Source: Actinomycetota bacterium (lineage in GTDB: Bacteria; Actinomycetota; Actinomycetes; Nanopelagicales; Nanopelagicaceae). From it: 64,000 nt of DNA. The position numbers were made by a program, and so were the translations under genes. The notes beneath the pieces are model-generated. The model was not told the DNA's origin. It saw nothing but the letters and a program-made list of their open reading frames with translations, and made no database searches. Shown piece after piece: positions 46,153-56,322 of this stretch (positions are counted from its first letter, which is position 1; each line of letters opens with the position of its first letter). Location: the NCBI GenBank assembly GCA_014377015.1, contig JACMQL010000030.1, forward strand, positions 5,759 to 69,758, written 5' to 3'.

Positions 46153-46281
46153 TGAGCTTCATTTCAGTTATGGGAAAAAATCCCGTGATTTTTATTTTGG
46201 TTATCTGAGAATCACACGCCTTGAGAAATTCAACTGGGGCGGATCAGATGTCACAAGGCTAGCATCTCGATCGATACCCTG

Positions 46282-46335
46282 CAAAACCAGGAAAACCAGC
46301 CAAATCAGCCAAACCAGCCAAACCAGCCAAACCAG
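46282..46335. repeat. Six tandem copies of a 9-bp unit (consensus CCAAACCAG) in the thrB-rho spacer
   Basis: CAAAACCAG GAAAACCAG CCAAATCAG CCAAACCAG CCAAACCAG CCAAACCAG, read directly on the + strand. Confidence 0.9.
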
Positions 46336-46357
46336 AAAAAACATGGAGGCGCAAAGG

Positions 46358-47290
46358 TTAAGCGGAAACCACCATTGCACCAACGTCAGAAATCTTTAGT
46401 GGAGTTAACGAAAATTTATCCCCAACCATTCGCTGCAACGCTACAACTTCCTCAGAACCGCCTGTGTGAAGCACCAATACCGTCGGACCGGCGCCGGATA
46501 TGAACGCAGCTGCACCCGCACTTCGAAGTTTGCTGACGAGGGCAAAAGAATGTGGCATCACTTCTTGACGATACTTCTGGTGTAAGAAATCTTCGGTCGC
46601 AGTGAATAGCAAGTCAGGTCGAACTGATAGTGCATGCACCAAAAGTGCGGCATGCGTTGAATTAAGTACTGCCTCGGAATGAGGAATCATCTCAGGCAGC
46701 AACTTGCGTGCCTTCGAAGTTGAAACAGCGAATGAGGGAATTAAAGCGAGCGCAGAAATGCGTGGGTCTACAGAAATCTTTACTGCACGTGCGATTTTCT
46801 GTCCGTGCAACATCTCTTGCCACGACACTGTCGCCCCTCCCAAAAGCGCAGCCGCAACGTTATCGGGATGCCCTTCGAGTTTGGTCGCCAGAGTCAAGAG
46901 CGCTTCGTCATTCATGCGATCATTTCCCGACAGAACTAAGGCCCGCGCAAGAACTAAACCACCGACAATTGCCGCTGCCGATGATCCCAATCCACGTCCA
47001 TGGGGGACGACGTTGAGTGCCCGAACAGCCAGCCCGCGCGGGCGCCCTCCCATAAAATCAAAACCCCTATTCATCGCAGTAACCAGGAGATTTTTCTCAT
47101 CTCGGCGCAAATTATCGGAACTTTCGCCAGCAATATCTATATCTAGACCTGGCTCATCAGTGACTTGGGCTATGTAACGATCCTGCATTCCCAAAGCAAT
47201 TCCAAAAGCATCAAAGCCGGGCCCGATGTTGGCACTTGTAGCGGGAACAACTACCTCGAGAGGTGTCGCACGAAAAGTTGGTTTCGCCAC
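46358..47290 (-). CDS. thrB: Homoserine kinase
   Basis: GHMP kinase motifs (PATSANIGPGFD, PHGRGLGSSAAA). Confidence 0.94.
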   Translation of the reverse strand: MAKPTFRATPLEVVVPATSANIGPGFDAFGIALGMQDRYIAQVTDEPGLDIDIAGESSDNLRRDEKNLLVTAMNRGFDFMGGRPRGLAVRALNVVPHGRGLGSSAAAIVGGLVLARALVLSGNDRMNDEALLTLATKLEGHPDNVAAALLGGATVSWQEMLHGQKIARAVKISVDPRISALALIPSFAVSTSKARKLLPEMIPHSEAVLNSTHAALLVHALSVRPDLLFTATEDFLHQKYRQEVMPHSFALVSKLRSAGAAAFISGAGPTVLVLHTGGSEEVVALQRMVGDKFSLTPLKISDVGAMVVSA

Positions 47291-47296
47291 GAGCGT

Positions 47297-48367
47297 CTAC
47301 ACCAGACCTAAAGCTTGCGCTGCAACGGATGCAATCGGTGCAACCACAATCGGATCTGGAGCGCTCTCGAGTGCCCAATGAACATCCTTGAGTCCGTGCC
47401 CCGTAACGGTGATCACGATTCTCTTCCCGTGCGGCAATTTTCCCATTGATTCATATTTGATTAGACCAGCTAAACCTGCCGCACTTGAGGGCTCTACAAA
47501 AACTCCTTCTGCCCTCGCTACTAAGCGATACGCACTCAAGATTTCTTCATCCGTCACTGAGTCGATTAAACCGCCTGACTCATCTCTTGCTGCTACTGCT
47601 TGTTTCCACGAAGCTGGATTGCCGATTCGGATTGCCGTGGCGATTGTTTCGGGGGACGTCACGATTTTATTTCGCACGATAGGAGCCGATCCTGCGGCCT
47701 GGAATCCCCACATTTGTGGCAGTTGAGTTGCGAGAGCATCGGCGCGATATTCGTTATACCCGAGCCAATAGGCGGTGATATTTCCGGCATTGCCAACTGG
47801 TAGCGCATGAATGTCGGGCGCATCGCCGAGCAAGTCAATGACTTCAAACGCGGCCGTCTTTTGTCCCTGAATTCGAAATGGGTTAACTGAGTTAACCAAA
47901 GCAACTGGATAATTCTCGGATAATTCGCGCGCCAAGTTGAGGCAGTCGTCGAAATTTCCATCGACTTGCAAAATTGTTGAACCGTGAATGATGGCTTGCG
48001 CCAATTTACCCATTGCGATTTTCCCCTGCGGAATCAACACTGCAGGAACCATTCCGGCTTTAACGGCATATGCCGCCGCACTCGCGCTGGTGTTTCCAGT
48101 CGAGGCGCAGATGACTGCCTTTGCACCGTCTTCTGCCGCTTTGGAGATGGCCATCGTCATGCCGCGATCCTTGAAGGACCCGGTTGGATTAGCGCCTTCG
48201 AATTTCAACCATACGTCGTTGTTGAGCATCTTCGAAAGGTGAGCAGCCTGAATAAGTGGCGTACCGCCTTCGCAAAGTGAAATTACCGGGGTTTTTCCTG
48301 ACACAGGCAGGCGATCGCGATATTCCTCGATAACTCCGCGCCACTGGTGCGCTCCAGTTGTCGTCAT
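47297..48367 (-). CDS. thrC: Threonine synthase
   Basis: PLP lysine region [14 protein letters not shown] and GNAGN. Confidence 0.95.
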   Translation of the reverse strand: MTTTGAHQWRGVIEEYRDRLPVSGKTPVISLCEGGTPLIQAAHLSKMLNNDVWLKFEGANPTGSFKDRGMTMAISKAAEDGAKAVICASTGNTSASAAAYAVKAGMVPAVLIPQGKIAMGKLAQAIIHGSTILQVDGNFDDCLNLARELSENYPVALVNSVNPFRIQGQKTAAFEVIDLLGDAPDIHALPVGNAGNITAYWLGYNEYRADALATQLPQMWGFQAAGSAPIVRNKIVTSPETIATAIRIGNPASWKQAVAARDESGGLIDSVTDEEILSAYRLVARAEGVFVEPSSAAGLAGLIKYESMGKLPHGKRIVITVTGHGLKDVHWALESAPDPIVVAPIASVAAQALGLV

Positions 48368-49665
48368 AATTGCGCAACCCCTTCGACGCGGATAACACTT
48401 TCAACTGCCCTCACCATATCCATCGACGCAAGTCGTTTCACTGTGGAGGCAAGCGCCTCTTCCGTCGCACTGTGCGTCACAACTATCAACTCCGCATCTC
48501 CGCCGCGTCCGGTCTGGCGCACGGTCTGGATGGATACATTTTCGCTGGCAAAGGCTTGGGCAATCGCAGCTAGCACGCCTGACTTGTCGGCGACATCGAG
48601 GCGAATCAAATACTGAGTTCTAATTTCATCAATTCTCACGACATCTCGATCTGCGTAATCACTTTCTCGCGGACCTAACGAATCTTTCATTATGTGACGT
48701 GCTACAGCAACAACATCACCGAGAATTGCACTCGCAGTTGGTGCCCCACCCGCGCCACGTCCGTAGAACATCAACTCGCCTGCGGATTCCGCTTCAACAA
48801 AAACTGCGTTGTAAGCATCTCTGACTGCTGCGAGAGGATGTGTCCTTGGGATCAACGCAGGATGTACCCGTACCGAAATGTGATCTTCCGCCGTAAGCTC
48901 TGCGATCGCCAGTAACTTGATGACGTGATTCATTGATTTTGCGACAGCAACATCATCTGGAGTTATTCCACTAATTCCTTCTCGATACACCTCGTCGGCT
49001 GTCACGCGAGTATGGAAAGCCAAGCCAGCCAGAATTGCAGCCTTTGCGGCAGCGTCAAATCCCTCTACATCTGCAGTCGGATCCGCTTCCGCGTACCCCA
49101 GTGATTGCGCCTGCGCTAGAACATCCTCGAAGGCACGCCCTTCTTCATCCATCTTGGTCAAAATAAAGTTGGTCGTTCCGTTGACGATTCCCATAATGCG
49201 CGTGACGTGATCGCCCACGAGTGATTCGCGGAGGGTACGCAGAATCGGAATCGCGCCCGCAACCGCAGCTTCGTAGTAGAGGTCGACACCTTTCTTTTCG
49301 GCAGCGCTATAAAGTTCATCCCCATGGTTTGCTAGGAGCGCCTTATTTGCCGTGACTACTGATTTACCGTTTTCAATCGCTAGCAAAATAAGCGAACGAG
49401 CTGGTTCGATTCCACCCATTACCTCGATGATGAGATCGATCTCTGGATCGGCCACGACCGAATTTGCATCAGTAGTGAAAAGTGATGGATCCAGACCCTC
49501 ACGAGATGCAGAAATATCGCGCACAGCAACTCTGGCAAGTACAAGTTTGGCAAGGGATCGCGTCGAAAGTTCATCCGCATCCTGGGTAAGCAGACGGGCA
49601 ACTTGCGCCCCGACAACTCCGCAGCCGAGCATGCCGATCTTCAGCACGGGCAATTCGGAATTCAT
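48364..49665 (-). CDS. hom: Homoserine dehydrogenase with C-terminal ACT domain
   Basis: NAD-binding [10 protein letters not shown], a catalytic domain with VVTANKAL, and an ACT-like tail. ATGA overlap with thrC. Confidence 0.94.
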   Translation of the reverse strand: MNSELPVLKIGMLGCGVVGAQVARLLTQDADELSTRSLAKLVLARVAVRDISASREGLDPSLFTTDANSVVADPEIDLIIEVMGGIEPARSLILLAIENGKSVVTANKALLANHGDELYSAAEKKGVDLYYEAAVAGAIPILRTLRESLVGDHVTRIMGIVNGTTNFILTKMDEEGRAFEDVLAQAQSLGYAEADPTADVEGFDAAAKAAILAGLAFHTRVTADEVYREGISGITPDDVAVAKSMNHVIKLLAIAELTAEDHISVRVHPALIPRTHPLAAVRDAYNAVFVEAESAGELMFYGRGAGGAPTASAILGDVVAVARHIMKDSLGPRESDYADRDVVRIDEIRTQYLIRLDVADKSGVLAAIAQAFASENVSIQTVRQTGRGGDAELIVVTHSATEEALASTVKRLASMDMVRAVESVIRVEGVAQL

Positions 49666-49677
49666 ATGCTTACTCTT

Positions 49678-50997
49678 TCACACATCAAGAGATAAGAGAT
49701 CGGACAAGGTTTCGCGTCGAAGAATCACACGAGCCTTGCCGTTTGAAACTGCTACGACTGGAGGGCGAGGGACGTGGTTGTAGTTGCTGGCCATGCTGCG
49801 GCAATATGCACCTGTTGCGGGAACAGCCAAGAAGTCACCCGGGACTACGTCAACCGGAAGTTGAATGTCGCGGATAACGATATCTCCGCTCTCGCAGTGT
49901 TTGCCGACGACTCGAGATTGGCGCAGCGCCGCACTCGCCGCACGATTTGCAATTACGCCCACATACTCCGCTCCGTATAAAGAGGTACGAATGTTGTCGC
50001 TCATGCCGCCGTCAACTGAGATGTAGTTACGAGTGCCGCCGTCGTCTAGGACAACCTCCTTTACCGTGCCTACTTCGTACAGGGTAAACATCGACGGACC
50101 CACAATTGCGCGACCTGGTTCGATAGAGATTTTCGGAATATGTAGATCATTGCGCTTGCACGAATCGGTAACTGCCGCTGCAAGGGCGAACATAGCCTGG
50201 TTGGGTGATAGCGGATCATCACTTTCAAGATAGGAAATCCCATAGCCTCCGCCAAGGTTCAATTCTGGCAATTCTGCGCCAAACTCATCGCGATACCTAG
50301 CCAACAAAGCGATTAAGCGATCGGCGGCTTCTCCAAATGGCTCTGTATCAAGAATCTGCGATCCGATATGACTATGGAATCCGACAAGTTCCAAATCCTC
50401 GTGATGGTGCACCGCAATAATCGCTTGCCAGGCAACGCCACTTGCAATAGAGAAACCGAACTTCACGTCTTCGTGCGCGGTAGAAATAAATTCGTGCGTG
50501 TGCGCTTCAATTCCAGGAGTGAGCCGCAACATGACTTTTTGTCGAACCCCGCAGGCTTTCGCGGCGGCGGCTATTCGCTCAATTTCATAAAGTGAGTCGA
50601 TGATAATTTTGCCGATTCCATTTTCAACCGCCTGATTTATCTCTGCCACAGATTTATTATTTCCATGTAACTCCATACGAGCGGGTGGAAATCCAGCCGC
50701 TATCGCCACCGCCAGTTCTCCACCAGTACATACATCTAGGCCGATACCAGATTGGTCAATCCAGCGCGCGACTTCTACGCAAATAAAAGATTTGGCGGCG
50801 TAATAAACCGTTCCCGCGTTTTCGCCGAAAGAATCCTTCAACGAATATCCCCAAGCAGTTGCTCGAGAGCGAAAATCTTCTTCGTCAAGAAAAAAAGTGG
50901 GTGTTCCGAATTCACGGGCGAGGTCGGTCGCACTGATCCTGCACAAAGAGAGTTTGCCATCACTGAATTTAACTTCAGAAGACCAAGGATTTGTCAT
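49678..50997 (-). CDS. lysA: Diaminopimelate decarboxylase
   Basis: PLP lysine YAAKSF, HSHIGSQ, GGGYG and CESGD. Start at ATG 50997, 5 nt after the argS stop; the longer ORF would overlap argS. Confidence 0.94.
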   Translation of the reverse strand: MTNPWSSEVKFSDGKLSLCRISATDLAREFGTPTFFLDEEDFRSRATAWGYSLKDSFGENAGTVYYAAKSFICVEVARWIDQSGIGLDVCTGGELAVAIAAGFPPARMELHGNNKSVAEINQAVENGIGKIIIDSLYEIERIAAAAKACGVRQKVMLRLTPGIEAHTHEFISTAHEDVKFGFSIASGVAWQAIIAVHHHEDLELVGFHSHIGSQILDTEPFGEAADRLIALLARYRDEFGAELPELNLGGGYGISYLESDDPLSPNQAMFALAAAVTDSCKRNDLHIPKISIEPGRAIVGPSMFTLYEVGTVKEVVLDDGGTRNYISVDGGMSDNIRTSLYGAEYVGVIANRAASAALRQSRVVGKHCESGDIVIRDIQLPVDVVPGDFLAVPATGAYCRSMASNYNHVPRPPVVAVSNGKARVILRRETLSDLLSLDV

Positions 50998-51002
50998 TGC
51001 AT

Positions 51003-52667
51003 TTACATCCTTTCGGGTGCAGAGACACCAAGTAACTCGAGGCCATTTGCCAATACTTGTTTGGTGGCAGCGCAAAGATTCGCACGGGCCGAGTGAATCG
51101 GTGCTGGTGCCTCATCCCCCATCGGCATGACGCGACAATCTGCGTAAAAACGGTGATACACGCCCGCCAACTCTTCTAGGTAGCGTGCTACTCGATGTGG
51201 CTCTCGCAGGTCAGCCGCGCCTTGGACAATTCGTGGATATTCCGCAAGTACTCCCAGTAATTCATTTTCGCGCTCGTGCGAAAGTAATGCCGGCTCGAAA
51301 TCGTTTAACTCGAAAGGCACACCGAGGTCCGCCGCATTGCGAAGGACTGCCGCGATGCGGGCGTGCGCATATTGCACATAAAAGACGGGATTTTCATTGG
51401 TGCGTTGTTTCAGAACATCAACATCCATCACCATTGGTGTATCTACCGGGTAACGGATGAGTGTGTAACGCGAGGCATCTACGCCTATTTTTTCGACTAA
51501 TTCCGCAATCGTGATAATCGTTCCGGCTCGCTTAGAAAGTTTTACTTCCTCGCCGCCTTCCATGATTTTCACGAGTTGGCCGATAAGTACTTCAATGTTG
51601 TGGTCAGGATTGTCTCCAGCACAAGCCGCAACCGCGCGTAGTCGATTCACATACCCATGATGATCTGCGCCCAACATATAAATGCAGACCTCAAAACCGC
51701 GTTCACGCTTATTAATGTAATAAGCAGTGTCAGAAGAAAAATAGGTGAGCACTCCACCGCTCTTCACTAGGACGCGATCTTTGTCGTCGCCGAAGTCGGT
51801 CGTGCGCAACCACGTGGCATCGTCAACTTCAAAGACATGGCCCTGGTTACGAAGTTTCTCCAAACCATGCTCGACCGCCCCGCTGGCATGCAAACTCATT
51901 TCAGAAAACCAAACATCAAATTTTGTTCCGAAAGTTGCCAATACCTCTTTCTGCTCTTGCAACTGCGCAACATAGGCGCGTTCTTGGAATGCAGTTTCTT
52001 GTTGCGCTTCAGGCATATTTAGAATCGCAGGATCCAACAAAACGATCTGTTGCGCTAAATCATTTATGTAGCCGCCGTGATATCCACCTTCGGGAGTTTC
52101 AAGTCCATTGGCAGCGGCCATCACGGATTTTCCGAAAAGTTCCATTTGATTTCCACGGTCGTTGATGTAGAACTCGCGACTAACGTGAGCTCCTGCAGCG
52201 CTCAGAATTCGACCGAGTGCGTCTCCAACAGCGGCCCATCTCATATGGCCAAGATGTAAAGGCCCCGTTGGATTAGCGCTAATGAATTCGAGATTGATCG
52301 AGATTCCTTTCAGAAAATTCGACGTCCCGTATTTCTCGGCCTGCTGGCGAATCTGACGTACGACATCTGCCTGACTGGCAGTATCTAGCGTGATATTTAT
52401 GAAGCCGGGGCCAGCAATCTCTACCTTGGCCACCTCTGGGAGTGCTTCTAGTTCGCCTTTGAGTGCCAAAGCGATCTCACGGGGGGCACGACCAGAGCTC
52501 TTGGCGATTGCGAGCGCAATAGAGGAGGCATAGTCACCGTGATCGCGATTCTTCGGCCGCTCCAGGGGGATGTTTGCCGGGATTGCCCCGCTCAACTCCC
52601 CTTTTTCGACCAGGCGAAGCAGCGCAGTGTGGATTTGGCTGGCGAGAACTTCGCTATGGGAGGACAC
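51003..52667 (-). CDS. argS: Arginine--tRNA ligase
   Basis: HIGH-type motif SANPTGPLHLGH and the class I pattern. Proposed GTG start 52667 (VSSHSEVLASQI...) by comparison with the usual N-terminus. The longest ORF starts at GTG 52757. Confidence 0.93.
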   Translation of the reverse strand: MSSHSEVLASQIHTALLRLVEKGELSGAIPANIPLERPKNRDHGDYASSIALAIAKSSGRAPREIALALKGELEALPEVAKVEIAGPGFINITLDTASQADVVRQIRQQAEKYGTSNFLKGISINLEFISANPTGPLHLGHMRWAAVGDALGRILSAAGAHVSREFYINDRGNQMELFGKSVMAAANGLETPEGGYHGGYINDLAQQIVLLDPAILNMPEAQQETAFQERAYVAQLQEQKEVLATFGTKFDVWFSEMSLHASGAVEHGLEKLRNQGHVFEVDDATWLRTTDFGDDKDRVLVKSGGVLTYFSSDTAYYINKRERGFEVCIYMLGADHHGYVNRLRAVAACAGDNPDHNIEVLIGQLVKIMEGGEEVKLSKRAGTIITIAELVEKIGVDASRYTLIRYPVDTPMVMDVDVLKQRTNENPVFYVQYAHARIAAVLRNAADLGVPFELNDFEPALLSHERENELLGVLAEYPRIVQGAADLREPHRVARYLEELAGVYHRFYADCRVMPMGDEAPAPIHSARANLCAATKQVLANGLELLGVSAPERM

Positions 52668-52914
52668 CCGCGCAAGGCTACCGTTTAGAGAGCTTATGGC
52701 GCCCCTCAAATCGACGGCAAGGATGGTTACATTTGCAGAAAACTCGAGAATTATCACAAAAGCGTTACCAAAATTTGGGGAATTGAACTGGAAAATCTAA
52801 TGACTATCCAGCGATTTCCACCTAGGTTCACAGAGTCCCAACAAGGTTGATCCCGCCTCCAAAATCCTATTCTGGAAGCTGTTGGGCAAACCAAATCGAA
52901 AGGTACCTACCCCT

Positions 52915-53985
52915 ATGACCAAACGTCGTAGCGCAGTTGTCGCCGTAATTTCCGCAGCGGCAATTGCATTAACCGGCTTCGTGAGCACGTCAGCCACCGC
53001 CGCAACTGGCTTCGTTGGCGTGATTTTGCCGGATGCAGCTTCATCAAATCGCTGGGAATCCGCAGACCGCCCATTCCTGACTGCTGCTTTCAAAGCAGCG
53101 GGCGTAACCGCAAAAATTCAAAACGCTAACGGAGACGTAGCAGCGTTCCAAACCATTGCCGATCAAATGCTTTCATCCGGGGCAAAGGTTCTCATTCTCG
53201 TCAACCTCGATTCCGCATCTGCCAAGGCAGTACAGGACAAGGCGAAGAAGCAAGGTGTTCCAACAATTGATTATGACCGTCTGACCCTCAAGGGATCTGC
53301 GTCGTATTACGTTTCATTCGACAATGTTGCAGTTGGTAAATTGCAGGGTCAGGGCATCAAGTCCTGTCTCGCTGCAGCCGGTAAGAAAAAGGCGCGCATC
53401 GTGTACCTCAACGGTTCACCCGACGATAACAACGCCACCTTATTCAAGCAGGGTTATGACTCAGTGCTTCGTCCAATGATCAAATCGGGTGCTTACACCT
53501 TGGTTGATGACACTGCAGTTCCAGGATGGGACAACGTTAAAGGCGGGACCATCTTCGAGCAGCAACTATCAAAGGCAAAAGGAAAGCTTGATGCAGTTGT
53601 AGCGGCTAACGAAGGTCTCGGACTTGCAGCAGTTGCAGTGCTAAAGAAGAACAAGCTCAATGGCAAGGTATGCGTATCAGGACAAGATGCAACAGTAGAT
53701 GGTCTTCGCGCCGTCTTGACTGGCGATCTTTCTAACACCGTTTACAAGGCCATCAAGCAAGAAGCTCAAGGAGCTGCTGACCTCGCTGTAGCACTCATCA
53801 AGGGCAAGATGTCAACAATGGCAAAGGGCAAAACTAACAATGGCGTCGTCGACGTTCCATCTGTTCTTCTCGTCCCGGTTGCTATCACCAAAGCAAACGT
53901 AAAGGTAGTTATCGCTGACGGATTCCAGAAGCGCGCTGCTGTTTGCAAGGGCATCGAAGCAATCTGTAAGAAGAACGGCATCTAA
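52915..53985 (+). CDS. Sugar ABC transporter periplasmic-type binding protein (XylF/ChvE-like, CUT2 family)
   Basis: Signal/TM anchor MTKRRSAVVAVISAAAIALTGFVSTSATAA, then the typical VGVILPDAASSNRWESADRPF block. ATG 52915 is preceded by GAAAGG. Confidence 0.88.
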   Translation: MTKRRSAVVAVISAAAIALTGFVSTSATAATGFVGVILPDAASSNRWESADRPFLTAAFKAAGVTAKIQNANGDVAAFQTIADQMLSSGAKVLILVNLDSASAKAVQDKAKKQGVPTIDYDRLTLKGSASYYVSFDNVAVGKLQGQGIKSCLAAAGKKKARIVYLNGSPDDNNATLFKQGYDSVLRPMIKSGAYTLVDDTAVPGWDNVKGGTIFEQQLSKAKGKLDAVVAANEGLGLAAVAVLKKNKLNGKVCVSGQDATVDGLRAVLTGDLSNTVYKAIKQEAQGAADLAVALIKGKMSTMAKGKTNNGVVDVPSVLLVPVAITKANVKVVIADGFQKRAAVCKGIEAICKKNGI

Positions 53986-54021
53986 TAACTGCCTCAAGCC
54001 CATGAAAATCATCGGCTGAAC

Positions 54022-54066
54022 TAGTAGTTCCGGCTCGAGATTAATTCTCGAGCCGGAACTATTTTC
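54022..54066 (+). terminator. Strong hairpin with short U-tract between the binding-protein gene and the ATPase gene
   Basis: Perfect 15-bp stem AGTTCCGGCTCGAGA / TCTCGAGCCGGAACT (54026-54040 / 54046-54060), loop TTAAT, then ATTTTC. Outer arms CATGAAAAT (54001-54009) and ATTTTCATG (54061-54069) are also complementary. Confidence 0.6.
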
Positions 54067-54131
54067 ATGTAGAACGCACTCGGTTAATCTTCACTGACAA
54101 ACACAGAGCAACACTTCACAAGGAGACCACA

Positions 54132-54893
54132 TTGGGTACACCGATACTTTCGCTACGGGGAGTCAATAAATCCTTCGGACCAGTACACGTTCTTAAAAAT
54201 GTTGACCTCGATGTTTATGCCGGACAAGTCACTGCATTGGTTGGTGACAATGGCGCAGGTAAAAGTACCCTGATTAAATGTATTGCTGGGATTTACTCAC
54301 CAGACGACGGAGATTTTCTTTTTGAAGGAAATAAAGTTGATATTTCGGGTCCGCGTGAAGCCACCGCGCTAGGAATTGAAGTTGTCTACCAAGATCTAGC
54401 CCTCTGCGACAACCTCGACATTGTTCACAATATGTTTCTTGGCCGAGAAGTTAAAAATGGTTATGTGTTGGACGAATCCAACATGGAGTCGCTTGCTCGT
54501 AAAACGCTTGATGGTCTGAGCGTTCGAACAGTAAAGTCAATTCGTCAGACAGTGTCATCACTTTCTGGTGGCCAGCGCCAAACCGTTGCGATTGCGCGCG
54601 CGGTACTTTGGAACAGCAAAATTGTCATCCTCGACGAACCTACAGCTGCACTTGGTGTCGCTCAGACTGAGCAAGTACTTAACTTGGTGCGCCGATTGGC
54701 AGATAACGGACTAGCCGTAATTCTTATCAGTCACAATCTCAATGACGTTTTTCAGGTTGCTGACAATATTGCTGCGCTGTATCTAGGAACAATGGCTGCT
54801 CAAGTGAATAAGAATGAGGTCATCACCAACCAAGTCATTGAATTAATCACAACTGGAAAATCCGCCGGTGTCGAAGAAGGAGCCAAAATATGA
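54132..54893 (+). CDS. Sugar ABC transporter ATP-binding protein (single nucleotide-binding domain)
   Basis: Walker A GDNGAGKST, signature LSGGQRQ, Walker B IVILDEPT. TTG start. Confidence 0.92.
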   Translation: MGTPILSLRGVNKSFGPVHVLKNVDLDVYAGQVTALVGDNGAGKSTLIKCIAGIYSPDDGDFLFEGNKVDISGPREATALGIEVVYQDLALCDNLDIVHNMFLGREVKNGYVLDESNMESLARKTLDGLSVRTVKSIRQTVSSLSGGQRQTVAIARAVLWNSKIVILDEPTAALGVAQTEQVLNLVRRLADNGLAVILISHNLNDVFQVADNIAALYLGTMAAQVNKNEVITNQVIELITTGKSAGVEEGAKI

Positions 54894-56116
54894 GCACCAT
54901 CGATGTCGAGTCATCTGTAACTTTGAAGGAATCGATGGGAGATTATTGGAGTCGAGTTAAAGCCGGAGATATCGGCGCTCTTCCTGCTGTACTTGGCCTC
55001 GTTGCACTGTGCGCAGTATTCGGTGCCATGTCAGATGTATTTTTAACGCCGGGCAATTTTGCAAACCTGCTTACGCAGGCCGCTGCAGTCATAGTCATCG
55101 CAATGGGGCTCGTCTTTGTTCTACTACTTGGAGAAATTGATCTCTCTGCGGGATATGCCTCAGGAGTATGTGGCGCCGTTCTAGTAATTTTGATTACCAA
55201 TAAGGGGTGGCCTTGGTATGCGGCACTTGCTGTCAGCATTCTCGTCGGAGCAGTACTTGGATTCTCTATCGGTTCTCTTGTATCTCGGTTAGGAATTCCT
55301 TCTTTCGTTGTAACTCTCGCGGCATTTTTAGGTTTCCAAGGCTTACTTCTGCTGCTAGCGGGCGAAGGTGGCACGATCAGAATTGAAGACAAAGTTATTC
55401 TCTCCGTTGAAAATAACAATCTGACTCCTGCAGCTAGTTGGGTGTTTTTTATTCTTGCGGCCGGCACGTACGTCTTGCTTGGCCTCAATCGCATTAACAA
55501 TCGGCGCAAGGCCGGATTAAAATCAGAATTATTCAAGTTATGGCTCGCGAAGACTTCTGGCCTCCTCCTTGTAATGGCAATAGCCGTTTATGCGTTGAAC
55601 TTGGAGCGCAGCAACAATCCGGATCTCGTCAGTCTTAAGGGCATTCCAATTGTGGTACCCGTCATTCTTGGACTTCTCGTTATTGGAACTTTTGTTCTAG
55701 GTCGCACAGCATTCGGTCGCCACATTTATGCAGTCGGCGGAAATGCCGAAGCCGCCAGACGGGCGGGAATAAATGTGAAGCGAGTTCGGACCGCAGCTTT
55801 CGTCATCTGTTCATCGTTGTCTGCAATTGCCGGAATGCTTTTTGCTTCTCGTCAGAACTCCATCTCTCCTACGACTGGTGGAAGTTCCACGCTTCTCTAC
55901 GCGGTCGGAGCAGCGGTGATCGGGGGGACGAGCCTCTTTGGTGGCAAGGGCAAAATGCGCGATGCCATTCTCGGTGGTCTCGTCGTCGCAGTTATTGATA
56001 ACGGTATGGGTCTCTTGGGTTATGCAGCGGGTATCAAGTACATAGTCACCGGGGCAGTACTGCTTGTATCGGCAGGGGTGGATGCAGTTTCCCGTCGCGG
56101 AGCATCATCCACGTAG
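54890..56116 (+). CDS. Sugar ABC transporter permease (XylH-like)
   Basis: About 10-12 TM segments and the family block GRHIYAVGGNAEAARRAGINV. ATGA overlap with the ATPase gene. Confidence 0.9.
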   Translation: MSTIDVESSVTLKESMGDYWSRVKAGDIGALPAVLGLVALCAVFGAMSDVFLTPGNFANLLTQAAAVIVIAMGLVFVLLLGEIDLSAGYASGVCGAVLVILITNKGWPWYAALAVSILVGAVLGFSIGSLVSRLGIPSFVVTLAAFLGFQGLLLLLAGEGGTIRIEDKVILSVENNNLTPAASWVFFILAAGTYVLLGLNRINNRRKAGLKSELFKLWLAKTSGLLLVMAIAVYALNLERSNNPDLVSLKGIPIVVPVILGLLVIGTFVLGRTAFGRHIYAVGGNAEAARRAGINVKRVRTAAFVICSSLSAIAGMLFASRQNSISPTTGGSSTLLYAVGAAVIGGTSLFGGKGKMRDAILGGLVVAVIDNGMGLLGYAAGIKYIVTGAVLLVSAGVDAVSRRGASST

Positions 56117-56189
56117 AAGAAGTCCCTTGATTTTGGAGTAACGCGCCTCAGGCAATAGCCTTGGCGCGCTCACCAGAGCATGCACTCTT

Positions 56190-56270
56190 GCGGGAGTGGT
56201 GAAATGGCAGACACGCAGGTCTTAGGAACCTGTGTCTTCGGACGTGCGGGTTCAAGTCCCGCCTCCCGCA
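56190..56270 (+). tRNA. tRNA-Leu (anticodon TAG), no encoded CCA
   Basis: Acceptor GCGGGAG/CTCCCGC plus discriminator A. Anticodon stem CAGGT/ACCTG with loop CTTAGGA, a long variable arm (TGTCTTCGGACG) and a GGTTCAAGTCC T-arm. Confidence 0.95.
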
Positions 56271-56322
56271 CTCTTAATTTTTTTAGCAGCTAGATGCTGC
56301 TAGTTGCTACCAGAAAAAGTAG

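Noticed and set aside
46282-46335. Possibility that the short tandem repeats are a CRISPR array.
   Set aside because: The units are 9 bp and contiguous, with no spacers. No cas genes are present in the window.
45944-46399. 151-aa + strand ORF containing TSQISQTSQTSQT.
   Set aside because: It runs antisense across the rho start and the thrB end. The SQT repeat is just the + strand reading of the 9-bp tandem repeat.
52797-53093. 98-aa minus-strand ORF upstream of, and overlapping, the sugar-binding protein gene.
   Set aside because: It overlaps the signal-peptide region of a well-supported gene on the opposite strand. It has no features of its own.
56143-56168. GC-rich hairpin (GCGCC..GGC-AATA-GCC..GGCGC) after the sugar permease gene.
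   Set aside because: It has no U-tract and an interrupted stem, so I cannot call it a terminator with confidence.
56182-56275. 8-bp direct repeat GCACTCTT flanking tRNA-Leu, considered as a possible att site.
   Set aside because: It is too short to distinguish from chance. No integrase is nearby, and the second copy is simply the tRNA 3' end plus 5 nt.
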